Under the pieces are notes generated by a model. The model saw only the letters and a program-made list of their open reading frames with translations. It was not told the DNA's origin and ran no database searches. Of a stretch of DNA of 64,000 nt, positions 9,772 through 19,478 are shown piece by piece. The position numbers and the translations under genes were made by a program. Numbering within the stretch: position 1 is the stretch's first letter; every line of letters begins with the position of its first letter. Where the stretch lies: contig JABDFN010000001.1 of NCBI GenBank assembly GCA_013286485.1, forward strand, positions 4,867 to 68,866, in the 5' to 3' direction. The stretch is from Bacteroidota bacterium (GTDB lineage Bacteria > Bacteroidota > Bacteroidia > Chitinophagales > Chitinophagaceae).

Positions 9772-10875
9772 ATGCCATACAAGAGCTTGTATATTGTATT
9801 TATATTTCTTGCGGCATTCTCTTCATTATACAGTCAGCAAGGTAGTATTCCTGCGTCTGCACTATTCACCAAAGTTGCTAGGATTGATACGATCGTTATC
9901 AGCGAAGGTTATAAAATAGATCCAGCAAAAGAAAAAAAAACTAAGAAACCATTTGAGTATAAGTCTGTTCCGCTTGCAGGGCAAAAAGCTTATTTCGGTG
10001 ATATGAATGATTATGTTACCGAGTTTGTGCGCAAATACTTATTGGCACATAAGTGGACATTGAATTGTGTACAGGGCCGTGGCATTAGCAGTTTTTCTGT
10101 AATGGATACTGTGCTTAAAAAATACAAAATACCCCTGGAACTTAAATACCTCGCCGTTATTGAATCAGCATTGAATCATAATGCAGTATCACGCGTAGGG
10201 GCAGTTGGCCCGTGGCAGTTAATGCGCCCAACAGCAAAATTGATGGGGCTTACCGTGAGCAGAAAACATGATGAGAGAAGAGACTGGTATAAATCTACCA
10301 ATGCGGCAGCAAAATATTTAGTTCAATTATACGGCCAATTAGATGACTGGTTGCTTGTAATAGCTGCCTATAATAGCGGGCCTGGACCTGTGCAACGTGC
10401 TATAGCAAGAACAGGTAGTACTAACTTTTGGGATATAAAACCATTTCTTCCTAAAGAAACACAAGGCCATGTACTTGCTTTTATTGCCACTGCTACTATA
10501 TTTGAAAATCTGAGTAAATTCATTGCCTTGGGTAATGTGCCTATAGATGTAAAATTTGATGACCAAGGCAGGGTAATTGCCGAAGTAACAAAGAACCCCA
10601 TAAAATCGTACAGGTTTTCTGATTCAGAACTGAAAAGCATGGCTATTGTGAAACTTAAAGAACCCCTTAGCATGGAACTGATAGCACAGGAACTGAGCAT
10701 AGACCTTCGTTTGCTTAACAGATGGAATACAGATTACGAACTTTTCGAATACAACACCTACCCTTCTGATGCTTATAACCTCCGTATCCCGAAGGATAAA
10801 TTAGAGAGTTTTGTACAGAAAAAGGACTATTTAACTAAGCGCTCCAAGAAAATATTGAGCGAAAACACTATGTAA
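9772..10875 (+). CDS. lytic transglycosylase domain protein (MltD/Slt-like), secreted
   Basis: Signal peptide MPYKSLYIVFIFLAAFSSLYSQQ. SLT catalytic motif ES-x-LN-x-NAVS-x-VGA-x-GPWQLM plus AAYNSGPG. Confidence 0.85.
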   Translation: MPYKSLYIVFIFLAAFSSLYSQQGSIPASALFTKVARIDTIVISEGYKIDPAKEKKTKKPFEYKSVPLAGQKAYFGDMNDYVTEFVRKYLLAHKWTLNCVQGRGISSFSVMDTVLKKYKIPLELKYLAVIESALNHNAVSRVGAVGPWQLMRPTAKLMGLTVSRKHDERRDWYKSTNAAAKYLVQLYGQLDDWLLVIAAYNSGPGPVQRAIARTGSTNFWDIKPFLPKETQGHVLAFIATATIFENLSKFIALGNVPIDVKFDDQGRVIAEVTKNPIKSYRFSDSELKSMAIVKLKEPLSMELIAQELSIDLRLLNRWNTDYELFEYNTYPSDAYNLRIPKDKLESFVQKKDYLTKRSKKILSENTM

Positions 10876-10946
10876 ATACCGCTAACTTCTTATTCCCACC
10901 CTTCTAAAACACCTAAAAATTATTTGTGATAAATGTAATTTTGGTT

Positions 10947-10954
10947 TACCTTTG
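10947..10954 (+). promoter_or_regulatory. -7 promoter box TACCTTTG with a TTG about 21 nt upstream
   Basis: TAnnTTTG match 23 nt upstream of the rpsT ATG. A TTG lies at 10924-10926. Confidence 0.5.
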
Positions 10955-10976
10955 CAGCCTTAAAAAGAAAAAATAG

Positions 10977-11231
10977 ATGGCAAATCATAAAGCTACCCAG
11001 AAGGATGTACGCCAAAGCGAAACACGTCGTGAGCATAACCGTTATTATGGTAAAACTACCCGTAACGCTATGCGTGAATTATTAGCGCTGACTGATAAAA
11101 AATCAGCTCAGGAAGCACTTCCAAAAGTTGTAGCAATGATAGATAAGCTTGCAAAACGCAATATCATACATAAAAACAAAGCAGGCAACCTGAAATCAGG
11201 TCTTGTAAAAAAGATAAACGCTATAGCCTAA
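10977..11231 (+). CDS. rpsT: 30S ribosomal protein S20
   Basis: 84 aa, basic, with the S20-like N-terminus [22 protein letters not shown]. Confidence 0.95.
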   Translation: MANHKATQKDVRQSETRREHNRYYGKTTRNAMRELLALTDKKSAQEALPKVVAMIDKLAKRNIIHKNKAGNLKSGLVKKINAIA

Positions 11232-11253
11232 TCCTCCCACTTTATTATATACA

Positions 11254-11284
11254 CAAAGCCTCCCAATAGGAGGCTTTGTTATTT
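11254..11284 (+). terminator. intrinsic terminator of rpsT (CAAAGCCTCC caata GGAGGCTTTG + T-rich tail)
   Basis: 10-bp perfect stem 23 nt after the stop codon. Confidence 0.75.
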
Positions 11285-11330
11285 AGCCCATTGTTAAAAA
11301 AAATATAAAAGTCAATAAGCAATTTGCATT

Positions 11331-11370
11331 TACGAATTAATTCGTAGATTTGAGTACGAAAATATTCGTA
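11331..11370 (+). promoter_or_regulatory. two 16-bp palindromic operators (TACGAATTAATTCGTA, TACGAAAATATTCGTA) bracketing a TAGATTTG -7 box; candidate BlaI-type repressor sites
   Basis: Perfect dyads at 11331-11346 and 11355-11370, centres 24 bp apart. A TAnnTTTG box at 11345-11352 overlaps dyad 1, and a TTTG lies at 11323-11326. The site is 41 nt upstream of the BlaI-like gene. Confidence 0.6.
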
Positions 11371-11410
11371 GTCATTTAATAATAAACCCTTTCAGGAAAA
11401 AAATAGCCGC

Positions 11411-11797
11411 ATGAGCAAGCAAATAAAACCAACAGACAGTGAACTGGAGATTCTCAATATTCTCTGGCAGAAGGGGCCTGTAACCGTAAGAGAGGTACAT
11501 GAAGAAATAGAAAAGAAAAAAGAGGCCGGATATACTACAACCCTTAAGCTAATGCAAATAATGATTGAAAAAAAATTGCTGAAGCGTGATGAAACAAGTA
11601 AAACACATGTGTACCAGTCAGCTATATCACGTGAGCAAATACAAGGTCAATTAATACAAAGGATGATAGATAATGTATTTAACGGATCAGCTTCGCAGTT
11701 AGTGATGCAGGCCTTAGGTAATTACCAGGCAGATGCAAAAGAAATGGAAAAAATAAAAACATACCTGGAAGAGATAGAAAGAAAAAACAAAAAATAA
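11411..11797 (+). CDS. BlaI/MecI/CopY family winged-helix transcriptional repressor
   Basis: 128 aa. SELEILNILWQKGPVTVREVHEEI is typical of the Penicillinase_R family, and the gene is paired with an M56 protein downstream. Confidence 0.9.
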   Translation: MSKQIKPTDSELEILNILWQKGPVTVREVHEEIEKKKEAGYTTTLKLMQIMIEKKLLKRDETSKTHVYQSAISREQIQGQLIQRMIDNVFNGSASQLVMQALGNYQADAKEMEKIKTYLEEIERKNKK

Positions 11798-11821
11798 TGT
11801 AAAACCATTCATCTGTTTTTT

Positions 11822-13780
11822 ATGAACGAATTTTCATTAATCGCCAGATCATTAGGCTGTACCCTTCTCTATTCTTTATTGCAGGCAACTATAGTGTCTA
11901 TCATTCTATTCATTGCACTAAAAGCCTTAGGAAAAGGCCATGCAAAAGCGAAATACATTTTATCCATGACTGCATTAGCAAGCATTTTTATATGGTTTAT
12001 TAATACCTGGATATCTAAATGGGAAGCTTTTCACTTCTATGCTTTGTATAAAGCAGAGAACAGCCAAATACAATTCACCAAGATCATGTTTACATCGGCA
12101 ACAATAAATAATGATCTGCTATCCAGTTTGCCAACAAAACTATTTCAATCATTAGATCCATACTTTCCTTATATAGTTGTTATATACTGGATTGGCATTT
12201 GTTGTATGCTGCTAAGGTTAGCAATTGGTATACGGCAAACACAAAACTTACGTACAAAGGGATTAGTAAATATTGATGAACGTGAAAAAACGATACTTGA
12301 CAAATTGATGGGTGATCTGAATATCGTTACACCCGTAAGGATGTTTTTCTCAAAAAATGTTGACATACCAATGGTAATAGGTAGTATAAAACCCATGATC
12401 CTGTTACCTATAGCAACAATTAACCAGCTAACGACAGATGAATTGGAAGCTATATTGGTACATGAGTTGGCACATATTATAAGAAATGACTACTTAGTAA
12501 ATATTTTCCAAATGATTGTTGAAACCATTCTTTTTTTCAACCCTTTCATGTGGCTTATTTCTGCTAATATCAGAAGAGAACGTGAACATTGCTGCGACGA
12601 CCTTGTTATAAGACAGCTGCAACACCCACTCTGTTATGCTAAAGCATTGGCAGCACTAGAATCAAGCCAAGCGCATAGGCTGGCAATTAAACTGGCAGCA
12701 ACAGGAAATAAAAACCAATTATTTAACCGTATTAAAAGAATAATGGAAATGAAAAAAGACTCAATGAACTATAGCTACTTGGCGATAGTAATATGTATCG
12801 TATTAGCACTAACCTTCTCAATAAGCCATTTAAATACTGCAGGTGCACAAACTAAAAAAACGAAAACAATTAAAACAGCAACTCAATCAGATAGCAGCGT
12901 AACAATAACAACCCACAAGATCATTATTATAGATAATAAGGGGCATCAAAAGATGTATGACTCTGAAGATGAAATACCAGCTGAAGAGAAAAAAGCCATC
13001 AAAGAAATGGGCGACGATACCAAGAAAAAAAGAATAAAAGAAGTTATCGTCATAAACCCGGATGATGCACATAAAGAAAGTGACAGTGTACTTTTTAATT
13101 CAAATATAAATGTCAATATTAGTAAAATAAGTAAAGAAACGTCGGAGAATGATATGAATTGGAGCAAAATAAATAAGGAAATGTTAGAAGCTGAAAAAAC
13201 TATGAAGGATGTAGATTGGAATAAAATAAACATAGAAATGCTGGATGCTAAAAAAGCCATGAAAGACGTAGACTGGGATAAAATAAACAAACAGCTAAAA
13301 GATGTATTTAATGACACTTCCGCCATTAATTCCACAGTGAACACTTTAAGATTTACGATGTCTAATATTGATATATCATCCGCAATGGAAGCAGCACAGG
13401 AAAATATTGAGAAAGCTAAAAAAAGCATATCAGACCCTGAAATGAAAGAAGATCTTCGAAAAGAATTAAATAAAGCTCAGAAAGAATTAGAAAATGCAAA
13501 GCACGAATTAGAAATGATAAAAAAGGAGAAAACTTTTATCCCTCCTAAAAATCGTAAAATGGGAGTAACAGATGTAGATATGGAAGGGATGGAAGTAATG
13601 ACCCGAAAAATGGCTAAAGATGGCTTAATCAATAAGGACAACTACGTTATAGAGAAAAAATATGGACAACTATATATTGATGGCATCAGGCAATCTGGTG
13701 AAGTATATAAAAAGTACAAGGATTATTTTCCACTGAATGACATAAAAATAGAATACAAAAACGACGAGACCAACAAATAA
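11822..13780 (+). CDS. BlaR1-type M56 peptidase signal transducer with an atypical Lys/Glu-rich repeat-containing C-terminal region
   Basis: 652 aa with N-terminal TM helices and the HELAHIIRNDY zinc motif (HExxH). The C-terminal half is low-complexity with three tandem roughly 20-aa units (D/N)W-x-KIN-x-(E/Q)ML-x-A-x-K-x-MKDV. Confidence 0.85.
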   Translation: MNEFSLIARSLGCTLLYSLLQATIVSIILFIALKALGKGHAKAKYILSMTALASIFIWFINTWISKWEAFHFYALYKAENSQIQFTKIMFTSATINNDLLSSLPTKLFQSLDPYFPYIVVIYWIGICCMLLRLAIGIRQTQNLRTKGLVNIDEREKTILDKLMGDLNIVTPVRMFFSKNVDIPMVIGSIKPMILLPIATINQLTTDELEAILVHELAHIIRNDYLVNIFQMIVETILFFNPFMWLISANIRREREHCCDDLVIRQLQHPLCYAKALAALESSQAHRLAIKLAATGNKNQLFNRIKRIMEMKKDSMNYSYLAIVICIVLALTFSISHLNTAGAQTKKTKTIKTATQSDSSVTITTHKIIIIDNKGHQKMYDSEDEIPAEEKKAIKEMGDDTKKKRIKEVIVINPDDAHKESDSVLFNSNINVNISKISKETSENDMNWSKINKEMLEAEKTMKDVDWNKINIEMLDAKKAMKDVDWDKINKQLKDVFNDTSAINSTVNTLRFTMSNIDISSAMEAAQENIEKAKKSISDPEMKEDLRKELNKAQKELENAKHELEMIKKEKTFIPPKNRKMGVTDVDMEGMEVMTRKMAKDGLINKDNYVIEKKYGQLYIDGIRQSGEVYKKYKDYFPLNDIKIEYKNDETNK

Positions 13781-13797
13781 TAATCATAATGTGCCTG

Positions 13798-13827
13798 AAA
13801 AGCCCTTGCAATTGCAGGGGCTTTTTT
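13798..13827 (+). terminator. intrinsic terminator after the BlaR1-like gene
   Basis: AAAAGCCCTTGCA at TGCAGGGGCTTTT hairpin with one G-T pair, followed by T6. Confidence 0.75.
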
Positions 13828-13853
13828 ACTTTCAATTATTACATTTGCAACCT

Positions 13854-14624
13854 ATGGCCAGGTATTTTTTGGAAGTTATGTATGATGGAACAGCTTTTCA
13901 CGGTTCACAGATACAAGGTGAGCAGGTCACTGTACAACTGGAAATAAACAAAACATTAAACACACTTCTGAAAACAAGCGTAGAATCATTTGGTGCAAGC
14001 AGAACAGATGAGGGTGTACATGCATTTTGTAATTTTTACCATTTTGATACTGAGCAGGCATTAAAGGATACCTTCCTGTACAATATGAACTCCATACTCC
14101 CTCATACACTCGCAATAAAAAATATATACATCGCTAATGATCCTAATGCAAATGCCCGTTTTGATGCAACATCCCGAAAATACAGGTATCGTATCTATGG
14201 CAAAAAAGACCCCTTTTTATATAACCGGGCGTATTATTTTCCATTTAAGATAGATAGAGGCATGTTAAACCAAACTGCTGCTATTATTAAAGAATATACA
14301 GCTTTCGAAAGTTTTTCAAAACGCAATACACAGACCAAAACATTCAATTGCACTATTCATCAATCATATTGGGAAGAGGGAGGTAAAGAACTACATTATA
14401 TGGTTGAAGCAAACAGGTTCCTGAGAGGTATGGTACGCGGTTTAGTAGGTACGCAATTACAGGTTGCAAGAGGTAAAATGACCGTAGCGCAATTCAGGCT
14501 CGTAATGGAAGGGAAAGACAATACTGAAGCTGATTTTAGCGTACCGGGGCACGGCCTGTATCTTGAAGAAATAAAATATCCTGTAGGGGCACTCAGCTTA
14601 TTCCAATCAATTTTAGCTAAATAA
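13854..14624 (+). CDS. truA: tRNA pseudouridine(38-40) synthase TruA
   Basis: MARYFLEVMYDGTAFHGSQIQ plus the RTDEGVHA catalytic Asp motif. The start is moved to ATG 13854 because the ORF-track extension (13791) runs through the upstream terminator. A TACATTTG box lies at 13840-13847. Confidence 0.92.
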   Translation: MARYFLEVMYDGTAFHGSQIQGEQVTVQLEINKTLNTLLKTSVESFGASRTDEGVHAFCNFYHFDTEQALKDTFLYNMNSILPHTLAIKNIYIANDPNANARFDATSRKYRYRIYGKKDPFLYNRAYYFPFKIDRGMLNQTAAIIKEYTAFESFSKRNTQTKTFNCTIHQSYWEEGGKELHYMVEANRFLRGMVRGLVGTQLQVARGKMTVAQFRLVMEGKDNTEADFSVPGHGLYLEEIKYPVGALSLFQSILAK

Positions 14625-15299
14625 TCTTGCTATAAAAAACGCTGCTGAAGCAGCCGCTGAACCAATCAATGTAACACGTATAGCACCGCTCCACGGTTTT
14701 TGGCCTGTTGCTTTTGCTTTAAAAAAACCAAATATAAATAAGGCAGCAATAGTAATGGCACAAGAATAAAACAAACCATCTATTGGCCTCTTCACAAAGA
14801 AATAAGGAGATAATGGCACCAACCCTCCAACTATATATGATATGCCAATATTCAAAGCGCTATTTCTGGCACGTTTAGGGTCAGGTTTTTCAAGGCCCAG
14901 TTCATATTTCATCATAAAGTCAACCCATTTATCTTTATCCTTCGCCATTTCATCAGCGATGATATAACGGGTTTGTTCACTCAATCCCATTTCTTTAAAT
15001 ACATCACGTACTTCCTGTTTTTCAAGATCGGGTACATTTTCAACTTCACTGTATTCCCTTTTCAATTCTGAATTATAATGGTCTTGCTCTGTTTTACCTG
15101 CGAGATACCCACCCAAACCCATAGCGATAGAACCGGCGGCAATTTCTGCCAACCCAGCTGTTATAACTATGGCTGTTGTGCTTACCGCACCGCTCAATCC
15201 CGCTGCTAAAGCAAAGGGTACGGTTAGCCCATCAGACATACCTATTACAATGTCAGTAACAATATCAGAGCTTTTTAAATGAGCTTCAGTATGTTGCAT
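14613..15299 (-). CDS. VIT1/CCC1 family iron/manganese transporter
   Basis: 228 aa. GMSDGLTVPFALAAGLSGA and the C-terminal TM cluster are typical of the VIT family. Its 3' end overlaps truA convergently by 12 nt. Confidence 0.8.
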   Translation of the reverse strand: MQHTEAHLKSSDIVTDIVIGMSDGLTVPFALAAGLSGAVSTTAIVITAGLAEIAAGSIAMGLGGYLAGKTEQDHYNSELKREYSEVENVPDLEKQEVRDVFKEMGLSEQTRYIIADEMAKDKDKWVDFMMKYELGLEKPDPKRARNSALNIGISYIVGGLVPLSPYFFVKRPIDGLFYSCAITIAALFIFGFFKAKATGQKPWSGAIRVTLIGSAAASAAFFIARLFS

Positions 15300-15305
15300 A
15301 TGATG

Positions 15306-16541
15306 TTAAGAGATTGATTCGAGGCTTTTCTTTATGATGTAAAAACATTCATCCACTTGTTCTCTCGTTATAATAAGTGGTGGAGCTAATCTTATCTTAT
15401 CACCATGGGTGGGTTTTGCCAGCAAGCCATTTTCCATCATCTTAAGGCATAGTTCCCATGCAGTATTTTTATTAGCATGATCTATAACAATTGCGTTTAG
15501 CAATCCCTTACCTCTTACAACAGCTATATTGGCGTGATCTAATGTTTTTATCTTTTCTCTGAAATACGCGCCCTGTATAGCAGCATTCTCAGCCATCTTT
15601 TCATCTTTCAAAACTTTCAGTGCTGTAATTGCCACTTTACAGGCAAGCGGGCTGCCTCCATAAGTAGAGCCATGTTCACCGGGTTGTATGGTAAGCATGA
15701 TCTCATCATCACAAAGAACAGCAGAGATTGGCAAAGTGCCTCCGGATAATGCTTTACCCAGTATCAATATATCCGGCCTTACATTTTCATGATCGCAGGC
15801 CAGTATTTTTCCTGTTCTGGATAAACCGGTTTGTATCTCATCAGCAATAAAAAGCACATTTGCTTCTTTACACAAGGCAAAAGCTTTTTGTAAATAACCT
15901 GCATCGGGAACTACCACACCCGCTTCTCCTTGTATTGGTTCGACAAGGAATGCAACTACATCTTTATCTGAAAGCGCATGTTGCAGCGCATTCAGATCAT
16001 TATAGGGTATCGCCTCATAGCCGGGTGTAAAAGGCCCAAAATCATCCTTTGCATCCGGATCTGTGCTAAATGAAATAATATTGATGGTACGTCCATGAAA
16101 ATTATTCTCACATACAATTATCTTTGCTTTCCCATCTTTTACTCCTTTTACTTCGTATCCCCATTTGCGTGCCAGTTTAATAGCAGTTTCTACAGCTTCT
16201 GCCCCGCTATTCATGGGTAATACTTTATCATAACCGAAGAAATCAGTTATAAACGCAGCATATTCTCCCAGCATATCACTATGAAAGGCCCTTGAAGTAA
16301 GTGTAAGTCTTTGTGCCTGCTCTGTAAGTGCAGCAATGATTTTAGGATGACAATGCCCCTGGTTTAAAGCCGAATAGCCCGAAAGAAAATCATAATATCG
16401 TTTACCGTCCACATCCCATACATATACTCCCTCCCCTTTTGTTAATACTACAGGTAAAGGATGGTAATTATGTGCGCCGCTCTTATTTTCTTTATCTAAA
16501 TAAGATAATGCCCTCGCAGATGAAACATGTTCCGATATCAT
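15306..16541 (-). CDS. rocD: ornithine--oxo-acid aminotransferase
   Basis: 411 aa, class-III aminotransferase. It has the OAT-typical N-terminus ([34 protein letters not shown]-x-NQGHCHP) and a PLP lysine region. Confidence 0.9.
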   Translation of the reverse strand: MISEHVSSARALSYLDKENKSGAHNYHPLPVVLTKGEGVYVWDVDGKRYYDFLSGYSALNQGHCHPKIIAALTEQAQRLTLTSRAFHSDMLGEYAAFITDFFGYDKVLPMNSGAEAVETAIKLARKWGYEVKGVKDGKAKIIVCENNFHGRTINIISFSTDPDAKDDFGPFTPGYEAIPYNDLNALQHALSDKDVVAFLVEPIQGEAGVVVPDAGYLQKAFALCKEANVLFIADEIQTGLSRTGKILACDHENVRPDILILGKALSGGTLPISAVLCDDEIMLTIQPGEHGSTYGGSPLACKVAITALKVLKDEKMAENAAIQGAYFREKIKTLDHANIAVVRGKGLLNAIVIDHANKNTAWELCLKMMENGLLAKPTHGDKIRLAPPLIITREQVDECFYIIKKSLESIS

Positions 16542-16550
16542 ATGCCAAAG

Positions 16551-17546
16551 TTAGGCATTTGCCTTAAGACTACCTGTGTCTAATATTTCCATCTTGGGTA
16601 GTGTTGCCTTCTCAAAAGCATTTACTTTCTGTAATTCAAGAATGGTATGAGTGCCGTTGGGTGCTTTGCGGAACATGGGCAAAAACCGAGCGCCTTCTAC
16701 CAACTCACGATACGTATATGAAGTCCTTTGCTGTACAATGTTTGAGAAATGTTCATCAAATGCTTTGATACTAACGATCATTTCCATTCTATAGTTGGTC
16801 AGATCTTCATAAGTATAACCATATAGCGGGCTTTTTTCATTCAGGTCATGAACAATGGTCCAACTGAGCGCCAAAGAATTGATCTTGCTTATTTCGAGTG
16901 GTAACGGGTAGAACTTTGTTACCAGTTTGCTATCTACATCTTCATGCAGTGCGACGGTAAGTGTTGCCTCAACATCAGTAAGATAATTGTTTTTATAAGA
17001 GGCAATCCGGAACATAATAGCCTGGCTGTTTTTGTAAGGTGCAATAATTGCATTGTGGCTAAATACAATGAATGCCCTTGGCCTTGAAAACCTTCCATAA
17101 AGCAAGCCGGTAACAACTGCAAAAACCAATATACCAACCAACGATTCACATGCAGCGATGATATTGGTAGCAAGGCCACTAGGTGCAACATGGCCATAAC
17201 CAACAGTAGTGAGTGTTTGTGAACTAAAAAAGAAGGCATCCAAAAACTGGTACATGGTAGAATTATGCCCGTCTACCCCTACCAAATGCTCCACACCCAC
17301 CGAATAATATAATAGTGCAAATATGAGGTTAAGTGTAGTGTAAGACAAAAACACGATCAGCAGGAATCTGCCTGTGGTCATACGCAAAAGCGAATGATAA
17401 ACACTTATACGATTCCAAAAAGGCATGCCAACTTTTTTAAGATTGGCTTCTCCTTTTTTATTGATCAGCCTGGAGCCTTCTACAAAACTTTGTGGCCCAA
17501 ACCCGGTATTTACTATGTCTTCAAACTTTTCTTTATGCTTACGCAT
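16551..17546 (-). CDS. inward-rectifier-type (KirBac-like) potassium channel
   Basis: 331 aa with two TM helices flanking the selectivity filter TTVGYG, then a large cytoplasmic beta-rich C-terminal domain. Confidence 0.85.
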   Translation of the reverse strand: MRKHKEKFEDIVNTGFGPQSFVEGSRLINKKGEANLKKVGMPFWNRISVYHSLLRMTTGRFLLIVFLSYTTLNLIFALLYYSVGVEHLVGVDGHNSTMYQFLDAFFFSSQTLTTVGYGHVAPSGLATNIIAACESLVGILVFAVVTGLLYGRFSRPRAFIVFSHNAIIAPYKNSQAIMFRIASYKNNYLTDVEATLTVALHEDVDSKLVTKFYPLPLEISKINSLALSWTIVHDLNEKSPLYGYTYEDLTNYRMEMIVSIKAFDEHFSNIVQQRTSYTYRELVEGARFLPMFRKAPNGTHTILELQKVNAFEKATLPKMEILDTGSLKANA

Positions 17547-18966
17547 GTTTTTTAATTGCCTTTAATTCTATGGATAATGATATGAAAATGCAAATAATGC
17601 ACATCACTGTTCCCAAAGTTAAACTAATTAATGTTGACAGGTGTTGCTGAAACAGATAACGAATACCTATAAATACAGTGGCAAAAACTATAAGCTTTAA
17701 TATCCAGTTAGTTAAAGGTATCAATGAAAAAAATGTTACCTGCAGCGTGTTTGCTGTTACTATTAGGTAAAATACTGCCTGTAAATAAGTAGAAATAACA
17801 AAGCTTAAAGCCAGACCGGGTAAATCCATCAGATGGTATAGTGGGTACATCAATAAGCAAGCCAGTAACAGTTCCGCTATTGCCCCGGTATTGATCATAC
17901 CGCCCTTGTGTTTATGTTGCAGAATAGTTGTAAATGAATAGGCTCGTATGGGAAGCATGAATAGGCTAACAAAAAAAATAGGCACTGATTGTATATATTT
18001 TCCCTCGTAAAGAAGGTCATATATTTCATATCTGAAAAAGAGAAGAAAGAAAAAAAGAGGAAAAACAACACAGGAAAGCAGTCTACCTGTTTGATTAGCT
18101 AATAAAACAGCATGGTTGGTATTATCACCTTGCTGTCTGTTACCCAATTGCAATAACACTGCACTGCTTGCGGCACTCAGCAATATAGGTAAAAAGGGTA
18201 TATTTTGAGTGCCATTGAAATAGACAGCAGATATACCTGAGCTTAGTAATAAGGATATTATAAACTTATCTATCCAGTTTGATTGTGTTTGAACAATATC
18301 GTACACTCCCAAATGCAGCCACAACTTTCGAACGTCTTTAATTGATATCTCACCCTCTGCTGCATGTTGCTTTCTAAACTGTATATAAGTGACTATAGTA
18401 TAAATAAGCAGCCTTATCCAGCACAAAATAAGCAGGCATGCAAAAAGATGTTGCAGACTATAGCCTTCGTGCAGCATTTGCCAATGGAAAAAAAAGAAGG
18501 CAATGGCATAGAGTACATTGGTTATTACAATGGTGGTAAAACTTCTGAATACTATCAGTATAGATTCAATAATAAATGACAATGCATAAGCAAACAGGAA
18601 CAAATACGATACAGCAAAATGCAGATGAAGTGAATAATACTGTACAGTTGCAAATACAATACTCAGTGCTATTACCCAAAAGCCATATAATAAATAGGAA
18701 TTAAAACTGAGCCATTCTTTAAGCTTCACTAAAACAGAAGGAGCATAAGTAAGCATTACAGAATGAAGACCAAAGCAGGCAACCGGGTACAGTACGTTTA
18801 ATTGTATCCAGAAATTCTGGTATGAACCGTATGATTGTTTATCAAGATTTCTTGAAAAATATATAACTACTAGTGTAGTTGCCAGGGAAGGAAAAAACCT
18901 GGCTAGAAATATAGACAGTGTATTACTGAATAGTGACTTATTTTTTACTTGCTGCGAATGATTCAC
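17539..18966 (-). CDS. polysaccharide biosynthesis / oligosaccharide flippase-like (MOP superfamily) membrane protein
   Basis: 475 aa, about 12-14 TM, with a Wzx-like N-terminus (NTLSIFLARFFPSLATTLVVIYFSRNLDKQSYGSY). The start is GTG, and its stop overlaps the Kir gene start by 8 nt. Confidence 0.6.
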   Translation of the reverse strand: MNHSQQVKNKSLFSNTLSIFLARFFPSLATTLVVIYFSRNLDKQSYGSYQNFWIQLNVLYPVACFGLHSVMLTYAPSVLVKLKEWLSFNSYLLYGFWVIALSIVFATVQYYSLHLHFAVSYLFLFAYALSFIIESILIVFRSFTTIVITNVLYAIAFFFFHWQMLHEGYSLQHLFACLLILCWIRLLIYTIVTYIQFRKQHAAEGEISIKDVRKLWLHLGVYDIVQTQSNWIDKFIISLLLSSGISAVYFNGTQNIPFLPILLSAASSAVLLQLGNRQQGDNTNHAVLLANQTGRLLSCVVFPLFFFLLFFRYEIYDLLYEGKYIQSVPIFFVSLFMLPIRAYSFTTILQHKHKGGMINTGAIAELLLACLLMYPLYHLMDLPGLALSFVISTYLQAVFYLIVTANTLQVTFFSLIPLTNWILKLIVFATVFIGIRYLFQQHLSTLISLTLGTVMCIICIFISLSIELKAIKKHA

Positions 18967-19474
18967 ATTCAGTTCGGTTTAGCAATTTTATTATAGTTGC
19001 AGGATTTCCGGCAATAACACAATATCCATCTTTAAAGCTCTTCGTTACTATGGCGCCCGCACCGACAATAGTAAAATCACCCAAAACAACGCCCGGCAAT
19101 ATAATAGCACCCATTCCCAGCCAGCAAAATTTTCCTATTTCTATAGGCGGCGCAGTTACCTGCAGATCATTATTAACTACATCATGATTAACAGACAATA
19201 TCCCAACATTAGGTCCCAGGTTTGTGTAATCCCCTATTGTTACACCATTGCTGGCATTAATATATACACCGGGAGAATCTGCAGGAAATGTTTCTTTACC
19301 AATATGTAATTTTTCAGGGCAATGAATAGTGCTGGTATGATGAACTGCCCATTTAACACCTGCATTTTGTCTGAATATTTTTCGAAAGATGAAATCGGCA
19401 ATATAAAAACCGGCACTATGTTCCTTCCTCATACGGAAAGTACTGCGTATCATATTATCGGTATCATTGCCCAT
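18938..19474 (-). CDS. left-handed beta-helix (hexapeptide repeat) acetyltransferase
   Basis: Hexapeptide repeats (IGDYTNLGPNVGILS, IGKFCWLGMGAIILPGVVLGDFTIVGAGAIV). The start is trimmed to MGNDTD (ATG 19474), which removes the 50-nt overlap with the yfhO-like gene. Confidence 0.8.
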   Translation of the reverse strand: MGNDTDNMIRSTFRMRKEHSAGFYIADFIFRKIFRQNAGVKWAVHHTSTIHCPEKLHIGKETFPADSPGVYINASNGVTIGDYTNLGPNVGILSVNHDVVNNDLQVTAPPIEIGKFCWLGMGAIILPGVVLGDFTIVGAGAIVTKSFKDGYCVIAGNPATIIKLLNRTECESFAASKK

Positions 19475-19478
19475 TATT

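Noticed and set aside
13791-13853. Upstream extensions given by the ORF track for truA (13791), recA (28201), rplY (45994), the SRPBCC gene (48038), the acetyltransferase (19528) and pdhA (40361).
   Set aside because: The extensions cross terminator hairpins or promoter boxes, or overlap the neighbouring gene. They add non-conserved residues ahead of canonical N-termini, so internal starts were preferred.
16934-17239. 101-aa same-strand alternate-frame ORF inside the Kir channel gene.
   Set aside because: The Kir frame carries the TTVGYG filter and a full-length architecture. The alternate frame has no features and is most likely chance.
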